From positions 62,744,001 to 62,808,000 of the forward strand of contig NC_090334.1 in assembly GCF_035084215.1 (NCBI RefSeq): a stretch of DNA of 64,000 nt, written 5' to 3'. The position numbers and the translations under genes were made by a program. The notes under the pieces are model-generated. The model was not told where the DNA came from. It ran no database searches and saw only the letters and a list, made by a program, of their open reading frames with translations. Source of the DNA: Heptranchias perlo. Its lineage: Eukaryota. Below, in pieces: positions 50,796 to 61,737 of the stretch. Position 1 is the first letter of the stretch. Every line of letters starts with the position of its first letter.

Positions 50796-50899
50796 CCAGC
50801 TATGACGTACAGAGACTGTTCAGTAATCATCTAGAAATCAGTTGCTAGAAATTCTCCTCTGTGTTAAATAACATTTAGGCATGTCTAATATTTTCCCAG

Positions 50900-50983
50900 G
50901 AGCAAGAAGCGGAGAACCTTGAAGAGATTGAAAGTGAACTGGAAGCCATGGCACAGAGGTTACACAAAATGCGTGAAGGTTAA
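50900..50983 (+). CDS. CHGA: Chromogranin A last coding exon (EQEAENLEEIESELEAMAQRLHKMREG*)
   Basis: Acceptor TTTTCCCAG, phase 0, 84 bp. It matches human DQELESLSAIEAELEKVAHQLQALRRG*. The total CDS is 1398 bp, or 465 aa. Confidence 0.95.
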   Translation, partial: EQEAENLEEIESELEAMAQRLHKMREG

Positions 50984-51388
50984 ATCATGTAGTACAAAGC
51001 TCAGTAATAATGAAGCAATTATCAGCACCTTCAAAGTACATTTCATTTGATAAGTAATATTTTATCTAGTGTATCAAAATCACCAGTGCTTTCTAGAGGT
51101 CTATATTCCACTTTTTTTTTTCTTTCTGAGGTGCTGCTATATTCTAGCTTACTAAATCATTTTGCATTGTTTAGTTTAATGAAAAACACCAACTCCCATT
51201 GCACTTTTTTTTCTACAATAGCTGAATCAGTTTGCAATATTTTACTTTGTGGTTTAAAATGCAATGGCTTTTTAGAATACTGTATGGAAGAAATGAAACT
51301 CAAGTTAAAATATTATTGTACTTGGTGATTGTGTGTACCAAGTCAGACTAATTGTATTGTACATTCTATATACAATTTATGTAATTAA

Positions 51389-51394
51389 AATAAA
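51389..51394 (+). terminator. Probable CHGA polyadenylation signal AATAAA
   Basis: It lies about 400 bp after the stop, at the end of an AU-rich 3' UTR, and is followed by a T-rich tract. Confidence 0.6.
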
Positions 51395-51974
51395 ACAACT
51401 TTTACCCCATGGTCTTTGCTTTTTCCCTCTAAATCTCATTTAAAAAAAAAATTAAAGTGGAGATATGTACCTCCAACAATATTAGGTCGTGTGTATTATG
51501 GGTAAAAGCTAAGCTTCAGCTTGGTCTATTCATATATGTGAATGATTAACATTGATGAATGAAAATGTTGTTTATTTTAAAATTAATGATATTTGTCATT
51601 CATAGTTTTGCCACTCACATACCCTTACATGCAGTATACTGGTAACTGCCAGATCTGTACCACTGCAGTGAAGCAGCTGCTTACATATAATGCTTCAAAA
51701 ACCTGTTGTTCGCCACATAGACACTGGCCATTGTTCTTGAATCCCCAGTTAACCAGATAAAAGGCAAAATGTAAATTGGGGGAAAAATCCTATTGAATAA
51801 CTGGATAAGAATGTAAGGGCAATACTGGGGAACAACAAAGCAGGTGGATAAATTGAACTTCACATCGGTTACTGGAGTTGACCCACTCTTCAAGACATTC
51901 TTTGGTATTTAAACAGAATGCATGGAATGAGAAAAGCCAACTTCCATAGACCATGCACAATATATCATATATAT

Positions 51975-52275
51975 AGTCTACGTAGAAACATAGAAAATAG
52001 GAGAGAAGTAGCCATTTGGCCCTTCGAGCCTGCTCCGCCATTCAATATGATCATGGCTGATCCTCTATCTCAATACCATATTCCCACTCTCTCCCCATAC
52101 TCCTTGATGCCTTTTGTGTCTAGAAATTTATCTAGCTCCTTCTTAAATATATTCAGTGACTCGGCCTCCACAGCCTCCTGAGACTGTGACCCCTTGTTCT
52201 GGACCCCTCAGCCAGGGGAAACATCCTCCCTGCATCCAGTCTGTCTAGCCCTGTCAGAATTTTATGTGTTTCAAT
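51975..52275 (-). mobile_element. CR1 3' tail fragment with an internal deletion
   Basis: It matches the reverse complement of the tail at 4990-5160. Confidence 0.8.
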
Positions 52276-52639
52276 GTCTACCCCAGGCATTTAATCTCCC
52301 AAGTGACATAGCTACATTAATGTTCCCTGATCCTCAAAATAAAAAATCCGTCTTCACATCACCATTATTCAATCCTGGCCAATTATCCCCCAAAGACAAT
52401 GATCCTCCCATCACGCCGGCCGCAGAGAACCACTGACTTATTGGACAGTTGCCTAAACGAGCTATATATAGGGAAGGTTATGTGGCGTAGCACAACATCC
52501 TGTAACAAATCCCACAAATTTCCACACGCAGCACTATTTGCTGCTGAGAGCTGCAATTTTGAATCGAATGCTCCAGAGGCTGTGAAAATGCCTGTATCTG
52601 CATAATAATAAATCACTTACTAAATTGTAGCAAAAGCAA

Positions 52640-52980
52640 ATTAGTGCAGATGCTGGAAATCTGAAATAAAAACAGAAAATGTTGGAAAATCCTCAGCAGG
52701 TGAGGCAGCATCTGCGGAGAGATAAACAGAATTAATGTTTCAGGTCAATGACCTTTCATTAGAGCTGGACGATTTTAGAGATTTAACTGTTTTTAGGCAA
52801 ATACAGAACCAGGGAAAAGAAGGGGGGAACGAAAGAACAAAAGGAGAAGAGGTCTGTGATAGGGTGGAGGGCAGGGGTGATTAAATGACAAAGGGGTTGA
52901 TGGTGCAAGACAAGAAGGGGGTGGTAATGGGACAAGTAAAGAAACAAAAGATGGGTCCAGAAGAGGTGTGAATTGTTACA
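52640..52980 (-). mobile_element. Penelope 3' terminal fragment with a mutated hammerhead (CUAAUGA core)
   Basis: Colinear with 10556-10870, and stem II AGGUC/GACCU is retained. Confidence 0.8.
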
Positions 52981-55814
52981 GCCAATAGCAGAGGGGGAGG
53001 GAAGCATAGAAAATCTGGCAAAAAGGAGAATGCTCCCGTAGCCCGGGAATGTGGTGGAGAAAGGTATCAATTGTAGCTATCAATTGAGCACACTACAAAC
53101 AGATTTTTCAGCAAAACTGCCATTCAAATACATGAGGGATGCCATAGAATTCATTCTTCAGTACAGATTAATTGAACATCAGTGGAACCTCCACTGGTTT
53201 TGCTAGGGGAGACTAAATAAGCTGATGCTCTCTGAGGATCAGTATAAACTTTTGAGCACAGTCATTGGTATTCGCAGGGTAGCTGCAAGAATGGTTGGTA
53301 GCGATTTGTAATCATCTTAATGGTAGAGAGCAGCTCTGCATTTATTTGAATCAAATTGAGATTCTTGGTTCATTTTTCCCAGCAAATATTGCCTTCACAT
53401 TATTATATTATGTGCATTCCTTTTAAATGCAGTTCGTTTTCAATTGTTTTCAAATGGTGCATAAAATTCTCTCCTCAGAATTACCAATACTCCACTATTT
53501 GAGTTTTTTTTCCTCCTCTGTTCTGGTTAACTATTAAAAATATACTTGTATCTACACTTTCAAATACATCTATTTAAAATATCATAGTGGTTTTGGACAA
53601 TTTTATATACACCGTCATTTATGTAAGCGGTAGCTATGAAATTATTTAATCACCATTCCGAATGGGTAATGATATTCATGTTACGATATTTTTTCCAAAC
53701 ATACTTTTAGTTTTAATTTAAGTCATTAAGTGTCAGCATCCCTTTTGCTTGTATTTGTCCCCAGTGAATTGCAGGGTGATGTTGGAAACCCGAGACCAAC
53801 CAGAGCTTTTTTTACATTTATATCTTAAAGATAAAGCGCCTGTTTCAGGAAAGTGACCTCCCCCTTTAACATTCCTGTCAGTCGGTGATCTCTTGTGTGT
53901 CCCCAATGTGTAACACAGGGTCTCAATTGCTTAACAGCATGCAGAGGTGAGGAACCAGATCCCTTCCATTACTTTGCTGGAACAGGCAACTTTAATCCAA
54001 CGGCGGATTCACAAACCATGGGATTCTGTGGGCCAACGATGCTGTGGGTTCCTTGTAGGTCCTCTGTCTTGGGGGCTGCAGGAGAACCACACGTCTGCAG
54101 TTAGCGGCACTCCTTTAAAAGTGCTTAACACTTGGGAACTTAGAATATCACTTGTTCCAAATTTGCAAATGTTGGCCTAGATTTTCCTGGGGACTTGCAC
54201 CACTAGTAATAGCAGATCTACAGCGTAGGGACCCTTGAATGACATAAAAGAAAGAGGAAATTATGGAGTAAATGACTTGCACCATTAATTATGCTGCTAC
54301 ATATTTTCCTGGGAATTTTGCGCCGTTCCGCTGTTACCCTCACCGAAAACAGTTAGAAGGCAATCATCATAGCTTCGCCCCTATTAAAATCAATAGCAAC
54401 CATGATTTTGCTGCATTTAAGGTAGTTTTCATGTTACTGCCACTTAGACTTAAAAATAATGACTTAAGTGGCCTGGCAGTGGTGTGATTTATTGCACCAA
54501 GATCAGATTTAAACTCCAGTTGTTAAAATGTATTACTGTTGCAAAGATTAACAGTTAGGATCTTTGAGTATCCACTTCCTGCCTCAGGGATTTTCAATTT
54601 TAATATTGCCTGCTATATGTCCGGAGCCCATTCAATTTATAAGATCGTTTTCGGAATTGAAATGACCCCTTTTCTGTCTCCCCACAATACGCAACCTCAC
54701 TAAAGCCGCTAACACAGCAAACATATCTTTTCTAATAACTCTAGTTTGCTTATTAATCACTATTTTATGAGTAATTTGATGTACACACACCTCAAAAACA
54801 TTTCAAGCCCATTTACTCAGAGGAAAGTCAGCATGTCATTATATAAATTTTTGCTGTCCACAAATATTTGCAATGTTCAGTCTCATTCAAACCCGGAACT
54901 TTTCAATAAGTTAAAAACTCAAGGTTAGCTTCCTTAGCTCATTTTATACCCTCCTTATCAATAAAAATAAGTCAATAATTATTAATAATTGATAATCTAG
55001 CGACTTGGCGTGGCCTGAATCCATAGGTCACACACAGCAGTGCAATCGACAAAAATCTCAAAACTTGAAAAGAGACACTACACCTTAAAATAATTGTAGA
55101 TTAAAGTTTATTTAAGAAGTTACACTTCCACTCACTGAAACCCTTCAATCTTGGGTTTAAATTTGAATTCCAAAAAGAACTTGAGGGAACAGTAAATATT
55201 TCTAATTTGGATTATTATATTTTTTTAACAAATTGACTCCTGCCACTCCAGATGAAATAAGTATAATCAGTTAAGTGATTCCACTAGTTTTAAGACTATT
55301 CTTAAACAACTCCATTGCAAGTGACTAGCACCTTCCAGCAATAGTTAGAAAGAACCCAATGATAGTTAGTTTTAATTAGTTCCACAAATCAGACACGTGA
55401 CATTGAGAGGGAGTTAATAAGCAAATAGAATAACTGCTAGAATTTGGAAATGGGCACACAAAGATTGTGCTTAGCAGTACTGCTTTTTGGGATTTCATCC
55501 TAGAGCATCCTTGCCTTGCTATCTCTCATCTTTCTTTCCTTCAAAAGTCTCCTAAAATTATCTCTTCAATTATCTCAACTATGCTTTTGCCCTCCACCCT
55601 TAATCGTGTCCATTTCCTGCTTATTGCCTTTTCTGCCCTCTTGTAGAGTGCTCTGAGATTCTTCTATGGGAGAGGTGGTGAATAAATGCAAGTAGCTGCT
55701 GTATAGGGTAGGCTAAAAGGAACCATTCCAAGAATCTAGATACGGCACCTGGAACGTCTCTGGCATGTCCAGATTCCATCCAATAGTAACATTTGTTTAC
55801 AAAATAGCAAAGGA

Positions 55815-56100
55815 AGGAGCAGGAGCTGAGCGAGACCGGAGCAGGGATATAAAGCACGGAGACCCAAGACCAGAAGGAGTGGGAGCTGAGCGAGTGTGAG
55901 AGCGGAGCAGGGATATAAAGCGCGGAGGCCCGAGACTAGAAGGAGTGGGAGCTGAGCGAGTGCAAGAGCAGAGCGGGGATATAAAGCACGAAGGCCCAAG
56001 ACTAGAAGGAGTGGGAGCTGAGAGAGTGCGAGAGCGGAGCGGGGATATAAAGTGCGGTGGCAACAGAGGCCCGAGACTAAAAGGAGCGGGAGCTGAGATC
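55815..56100 (+). repeat. About 4 tandem 66-bp monomers at the CR1 5' end, each containing TATAAA
   Basis: TATAAA occurs at 55848, 55914, 55980 and 56046, an exact 66-bp spacing. Confidence 0.9.
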
Positions 56101-59100
56101 AATTCAAACACAGACAGAAATTTGAAAGAATGACGTCAGAATTAGCGCAGAGAGGAAGGAGCGGCAGAACCCGAGGGAACTAAAATAATTATCGAGGATA
56201 AGTATTGAGGTAAGGATCTAAGAAAAGAACTAGAATAATTAAACCGGGTTTAAAAAGTGTGAGATTCGGTTCAGGTAAACAACTCCCGGACCTGGTGACG
56301 TCACAGGACAGGAGGTTGGTGATTGGTTTTTTGCTCTCTAAGCTCAGGGAGAGGTTTGAACTAGGCTCCTACAACTTGCTAATACTTTATTAAACAAATA
56401 ATTTAAACTAGATAAATTAATTTGTTTAAAAAAAACTAAAAATAAACCAAGCAAATTAATTATATTAAAACATTGATTATTTAAATAAATAAAACAAGGT
56501 TAGATAGAGATGGCAGTGCAGGTGGTGCCGTAACTGTAGCAAGTGGGAGTTTGTGGAGAGCAGTGTGATCCCAGGCAACCACATCTGCAGTAAGTGTCTG
56601 CAACTCGAGGAACTTCGGCTCAGCGTTGTTGAGCTGGAGTCCGGGATGCAGATTTTGCTTTGCATCAGGGAGGGAGGGAGTTATCTGGACGCTTTGATCC
56701 AGGAGGCAGTCACACCCCTTAGGTTAGGTAGTAGTTCAGATTTGGTCAGTTGTCAGGGACAGGAAGATGTGACTGCGAGTCTGGCAGGTACAGGGACCCA
56801 GGATGCAGTGATGGAGCAGCCTCAGCCTATGACCTTGCCCAACAGGTACGAGGTACTTGCTACCTGTATGGATAAGATCAAAGACTGCAGGGAGGTTGGG
56901 CAAACTGACCACGGCACCCTGGTACAGGAGGCCATTCAAAGTGGGGGGAGCAAAAAGGAACGTGGTAATGGTAAGGGATGGTATAGTCAGGGGGATAGAC
57001 ATTGTTCTCTGCAGCCACGACCGGGTGTCCCGAAGGCTGTGTTGCCTGCCCAGTGCTGGCTGGAAAAGAACTTGGAGCATGAGGGGGAGGATCCAGTTGT
57101 TGTGGTCCACATTGAAAGCAACAAAATAGGTAAAACTAGGAATGAGGTTCTGCTGAGGGAGTTTGAGGGGCTAGGGTACAAACTAATAAGCAGAAACTCA
57201 AAAGGTAATAACCTCTGGATTACTACCTGAGCCACACGCAAACTGGCATAGGGACAAACAGATTAGATGGTTAAATGCGTGGCTGACAGACTAGTGTGGG
57301 AAGCAGGGGTTTCAATTCATGGGGCACTGGTACCAGTACTGGGGAAAGAGGGAGCTGTTCCATTGGGACGGGCTCCACTTAAAACGGGCTGGGACCAGTG
57401 TCCTTGCGAATCGAATAACTAGGTCTGTAGATAGGGCTTTAAACTAAAAAGGGGGGGGACGGGGAAAGTCCAGGTGAGGAGAAAGTTATAAATCTAATGA
57501 GGGAAGTCAAGGCCGTAGAGCAGTGGAGCAATTTGGGTAAAGATAAGCAGAGTGGGACAAGAAGGGACAGAGAGTTTAACGATAATAGTGCATCAGTGAA
57601 TAAGGTCAAATCAGGGGAAAATGGTAAAAAGTTAAAATTAAAGGCGCTTTATCTGAATGCACAAAGCATTCGTAACAAGATACACAAATTAATGGCACAA
57701 AAGAGATAAATGGGTTTGATCTAATAGCCATTACTGAGACGTGGTTGCAAGGTGACCAAGGTTGGGAACTAAACATTCCAGAATACTTGACTTTTCAAAA
57801 AGATAGGCAAAATGGAAAAGTTGGGGCGGGCGGGTAGCACTGATAATAAAGGATGAGATAAGGACAGTAGTGAAAAAGGATCTTGGCTTGGAAGATCTGG
57901 AAGTAGAATCAGGAAGTAAAATCTGCATCAGATAAGAAATAATGAAGGGCAGAAAACACTGGTGGGAATAGTTTATAGGCCCCCTAACAATAGTTATACT
58001 GTTGGACAGAGTATTAACCAAGAAATAAGAGGAGCTTGTAACAAAGGCAATGCAATAATCATGGGGGACTTTAATCTTCATATAGACTGGGCAAATCAAA
58101 TTGGCAAAAGTGGTTTGGAGGACGAGTTCATGGAAAGCATTTGAAACCGTTTCCTAGAACAATGTCATGGAACCAACCAGGGAACCGGATATTTTAGATC
58201 TTGTCTTGTGTAATGAGACAGGGTTAATTAGTCATCTCATAGTAAAGGATCCTCTGGGGAAGAGTGATCATAATATGATAGAATTTCACATCGAGTTCGA
58301 GAGTGATGTATTTAAGTCCAAAACTAGAGTCTTAAATTTAAACAAAGCCAATTACATAGGTATGAGGGGCAAGTTGGCTAAGGTAGAATGGGAAATCAGA
58401 TTAAAAGATATGACAGTAGATAAGCAATGGCAAACATTTAAAGAAATAATTCAGAATTCTCAACAAATATACATTCCATTGAGGAATAAAAACTCCATGG
58501 AAAAAGTGATCCATCTATGGCTAACTAAAGAAGTTAAGGATAGTATTAGATTAAAAGAAGAGGCTTATAATGTTGCCAATAAGAGTAGTAAGCCTGAGGA
58601 TTGGGAGAGTTTTAGAAACCACCAAAGGATGACCAAAAAATTGATAAAGAGTAAGAAAATAGAAAATGAGAGTAAACAAGCAAGAAATATAAAAACAGAT
58701 TGTAAGTGCTTCTACCAGTATATAATAAGGAAGAGAGTACCTAAAATAAGCGTGGGTCCCTTAGAGGCTGAGACAGAAGAAATTATAATGGGGAATAAGG
58801 AAATGGCAGAGACGATAAACAGATATTTTGCATCTGTCTTCACAGTAGAAGACACAAAAAAATACTGGAAATAGTGGGGAACCAACAGTCTAATGAAAGT
58901 GAGGAAATTAAAGTAATTAATATTAGTAAAGAAAAAGTACTAGAGAAATTAATGGGATTAAAAGCCAACAAAACCCCTGGACCTGATGATCTACATCCTA
59001 GGGTTCTAAAAGATGTGGCTGCAGAGATAGTTCATGCATTGCTTGTGATCTTCCAAAATTCCCTAGATTATAGAACGGTCCCAGTGGATTGGAAGATAGC

Positions 59101-60186
59101 AAATGTAAAACCACTATTCAAGAAAGGAGGGAGAGAGAAAACAGGGAGCTACAGGCCAGTTAGCCTGACATCAATAGTAGGGAAAATGCTAAAATCCATT
59201 ATTAAGGACATGGTAACAGGACACTTAGAAAATCATAATATGATTAGGCAGAGTCAACATGGTTTTATGAAAGGAAAATCATGTTTGACAAATCTATTAC
59301 AGTTTTTCGAGGATAAAGGGAACCGGTGGATGTATTATATTTGGATTTTCAAAAGGCATTCAATAAGGTGCCACTTGAAAGGTTGTTACACGAGATAAAG
59401 GCTCATGGGGTTGGGGGTAACGTATTAGCACAGATAGAGGGTTGGTTAACGGACAGAAAACAGGGAGTTGGGACAAACAGGTCATTTTCAGGTTGACAGG
59501 CTGTTACTAATGAGGTGCCGTAAGGATCAGTGCTGGGGCCTCAGCTATTTACAATCTATATTAATGACTTAGATGAAGGGATCGAGAGTAATGTATCCAA
59601 GTTTGCTGATGATACAAAGCTAGTGGGAAAGTAAGCTGTGAGGAGGACACAAAGGGCTCGATTTTAGGGTCGGGTTTCCGGCGGGTTTCCAGCGGGGGGG
59701 CCCCGAAAATCCCGATCTCCGATCACGTGACCGGATTCGGACGAAATCCCGGCCACTTCCGGGTACCGCGCTGACGTGCGGGGCTGCGCGCGCAAGCCCC
59801 GCTGGTGGGAATCCCGCAGGCAATTAAAGCCAGCGGGGTTCCACTTGAGAGCACTTAACTTGCTCGTTGTGGTCAGTTAATGAGCTGAAGCAGCTGTCAA
59901 AAGAGGAAGTGTGGGATTTTACGGTCAAAGCAGTCAGTTTCCCACACTGGGGGAAACAGGACCCTTCAAACCAGGCGTGTTGCAGCCAGCAGCCTGTGCC
60001 AGGTGCCAAGGTGCGCTCCACGGGGGAGCGCCCTCACCCACGCAGGAGGCCACCGCGTCACATAGGGCAACCCCTGCCCTCCACCAACCCCCGCCAAGCC
60101 AGAGGACAGACCGACACGAAACCGCAGCCCCAGTCCGAGGACCCACCCACCTACCCTGCACAACCCCTCACACCAACACCTGCCAG

Positions 60187-61440
60187 ATGGGTGGTGCGTT
60201 GACATCGTCGGAGGACGAACAGGATGACCAGCCCCAGCAGCCTCACAGTCCACGCCGTCCGCCTCGGAGAGGTGGGGCCCCCCAACACGGTGCTGCGGCA
60301 CACCCACCTGCACAGCAGGAGGGAGGGCAACCGCAGAGAGAGATGCGTCGCAGGAGGCACTACCCTCCGCACAGGGTGTACAGAGCGAGGCTCAGCTTCA
60401 TGGACCTCTCCGAGGAGCAGTGCATACGGAGGCTCAGAGTCAATCGCCAGGTAGTCGCCGACATCTGCAGCCTCCTTAACGACGAGCTGCTCCCTGATGG
60501 ACCAAGCAGCATCTTCTTACCTGTCGCCGTCAAAGTCACCACTGCCCTCAACTTCTTCGCATCTGGTTCCTTCCAGGGTGCCACCGGGGACATCACCGGG
60601 GTCTGTCAGTCCTCTGCACACAAGTGCATAAGGCAGGTCACCGATGGGTTGTTCCGCAGGGCCTCCCACTACATCAACTTCGCCATGGACGAGCGCAGCC
60701 AGATGGAGAGGGCGGTTGGATTCCATGCCATGGCCGGCTTCCCACGGGTGCAGGGTGTAATCGACTGCACCCACATCGCAATACGGGCACCTCCGCATGA
60801 GCCAGGGCTGTTCATCAACAGGAAGGGGTATCACTCCATGAACGCCCAGCTCATCTGTGACCACCGCCAGAGATTCCTACACGTGTGCGCCAGATACCCC
60901 GGCAGCTGCCACGATGCCTTCGTCCTCAGGGAGTCCGCCGTCCCGCCCATCCTGCAGGCACCCAACGCCGGCAACGGCTGGCTCCTCGGCGACAAGGGGT
61001 ATCCCCTCCACACGTGGCTCATGACACCTCTGAGGAACCCCATCACCGAGCCGGAGCGTCGGTACAATGACAGCCACACTGCTACCAGGTCTACAATTGA
61101 GCAGACCATAGGGCTTCTCAAGATGCGCTTCAGGTGCCTTGATCGTTCTGGGGGAGCGCTCCAATACACACCATTCAGAGTGGGACGAATCATAGTTGTC
61201 TGCTGTGCCCTGCACAACATGGCCCAACAGAGAGGGGTGCCGCTGGAGGAGGCCCCATCCACACCCGCCACCCACATTGAGGAAGGCGAGGGCGAGGAGG
61301 AGGAGGAGGAGGAGGAGGAGGAGGCGGAGGAGGAGGAGGAGGACGCGCCCGAGGATGTTGGACGACCCATGCGCCGAGCCGCGACTCACCGGGATGGTCG
61401 CCGGGCCAGGGACGCACTCATACGTCAACGGTTCTCCTAG
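60187..61440 (+). CDS. Harbinger DDE transposase (417 aa from the first ATG)
   Basis: Uninterrupted ORF with an HTH region (LNFFASGSFQ) and the catalytic motifs IDCTH, GDKGYP and RSTIEQTIGLLKMRFRCL. It has an acidic tail. The start position is supported by the paralogous MGG start at 27872. Confidence 0.93.
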   Translation: MGGALTSSEDEQDDQPQQPHSPRRPPRRGGAPQHGAAAHPPAQQEGGQPQREMRRRRHYPPHRVYRARLSFMDLSEEQCIRRLRVNRQVVADICSLLNDELLPDGPSSIFLPVAVKVTTALNFFASGSFQGATGDITGVCQSSAHKCIRQVTDGLFRRASHYINFAMDERSQMERAVGFHAMAGFPRVQGVIDCTHIAIRAPPHEPGLFINRKGYHSMNAQLICDHRQRFLHVCARYPGSCHDAFVLRESAVPPILQAPNAGNGWLLGDKGYPLHTWLMTPLRNPITEPERRYNDSHTATRSTIEQTIGLLKMRFRCLDRSGGALQYTPFRVGRIIVVCCALHNMAQQRGVPLEEAPSTPATHIEEGEGEEEEEEEEEEAEEEEEDAPEDVGRPMRRAATHRDGRRARDALIRQRFS

Positions 61441-61737
61441 AGTCAGACACTGCGAGGCGCTCGCATCTCCTCACCTGCACATGCGAGCGGCCATACCAGC
61501 CCCCTCCACTGAAGAGTGCTGCCAGTAATCCTGCACCCACAGCAGTGTGCCCAATGGGTGGCAGCAGGTGTTCGCCGTCATGATGGCCTCCACGGAACGC
61601 AACTACTGCACAAGCCGCGGAAGAATGGACGAGAGGTGGCAGGAGTGGTGAGAATAGACTATTTAATATGTGGAATGTGACATCATTTAAGAAACAAAGT
61701 ACAAAATAATAAACACCCTGGTGTATTCCCTTTGTGA

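Noticed and set aside
59911-60186. 92-aa N-terminal extension of the transposase in the ORF track
   Set aside because: It starts at GTG, lies in GC-rich stop-poor sequence and has no counterpart in the paralogous copy. ATG 60187 is preferred.
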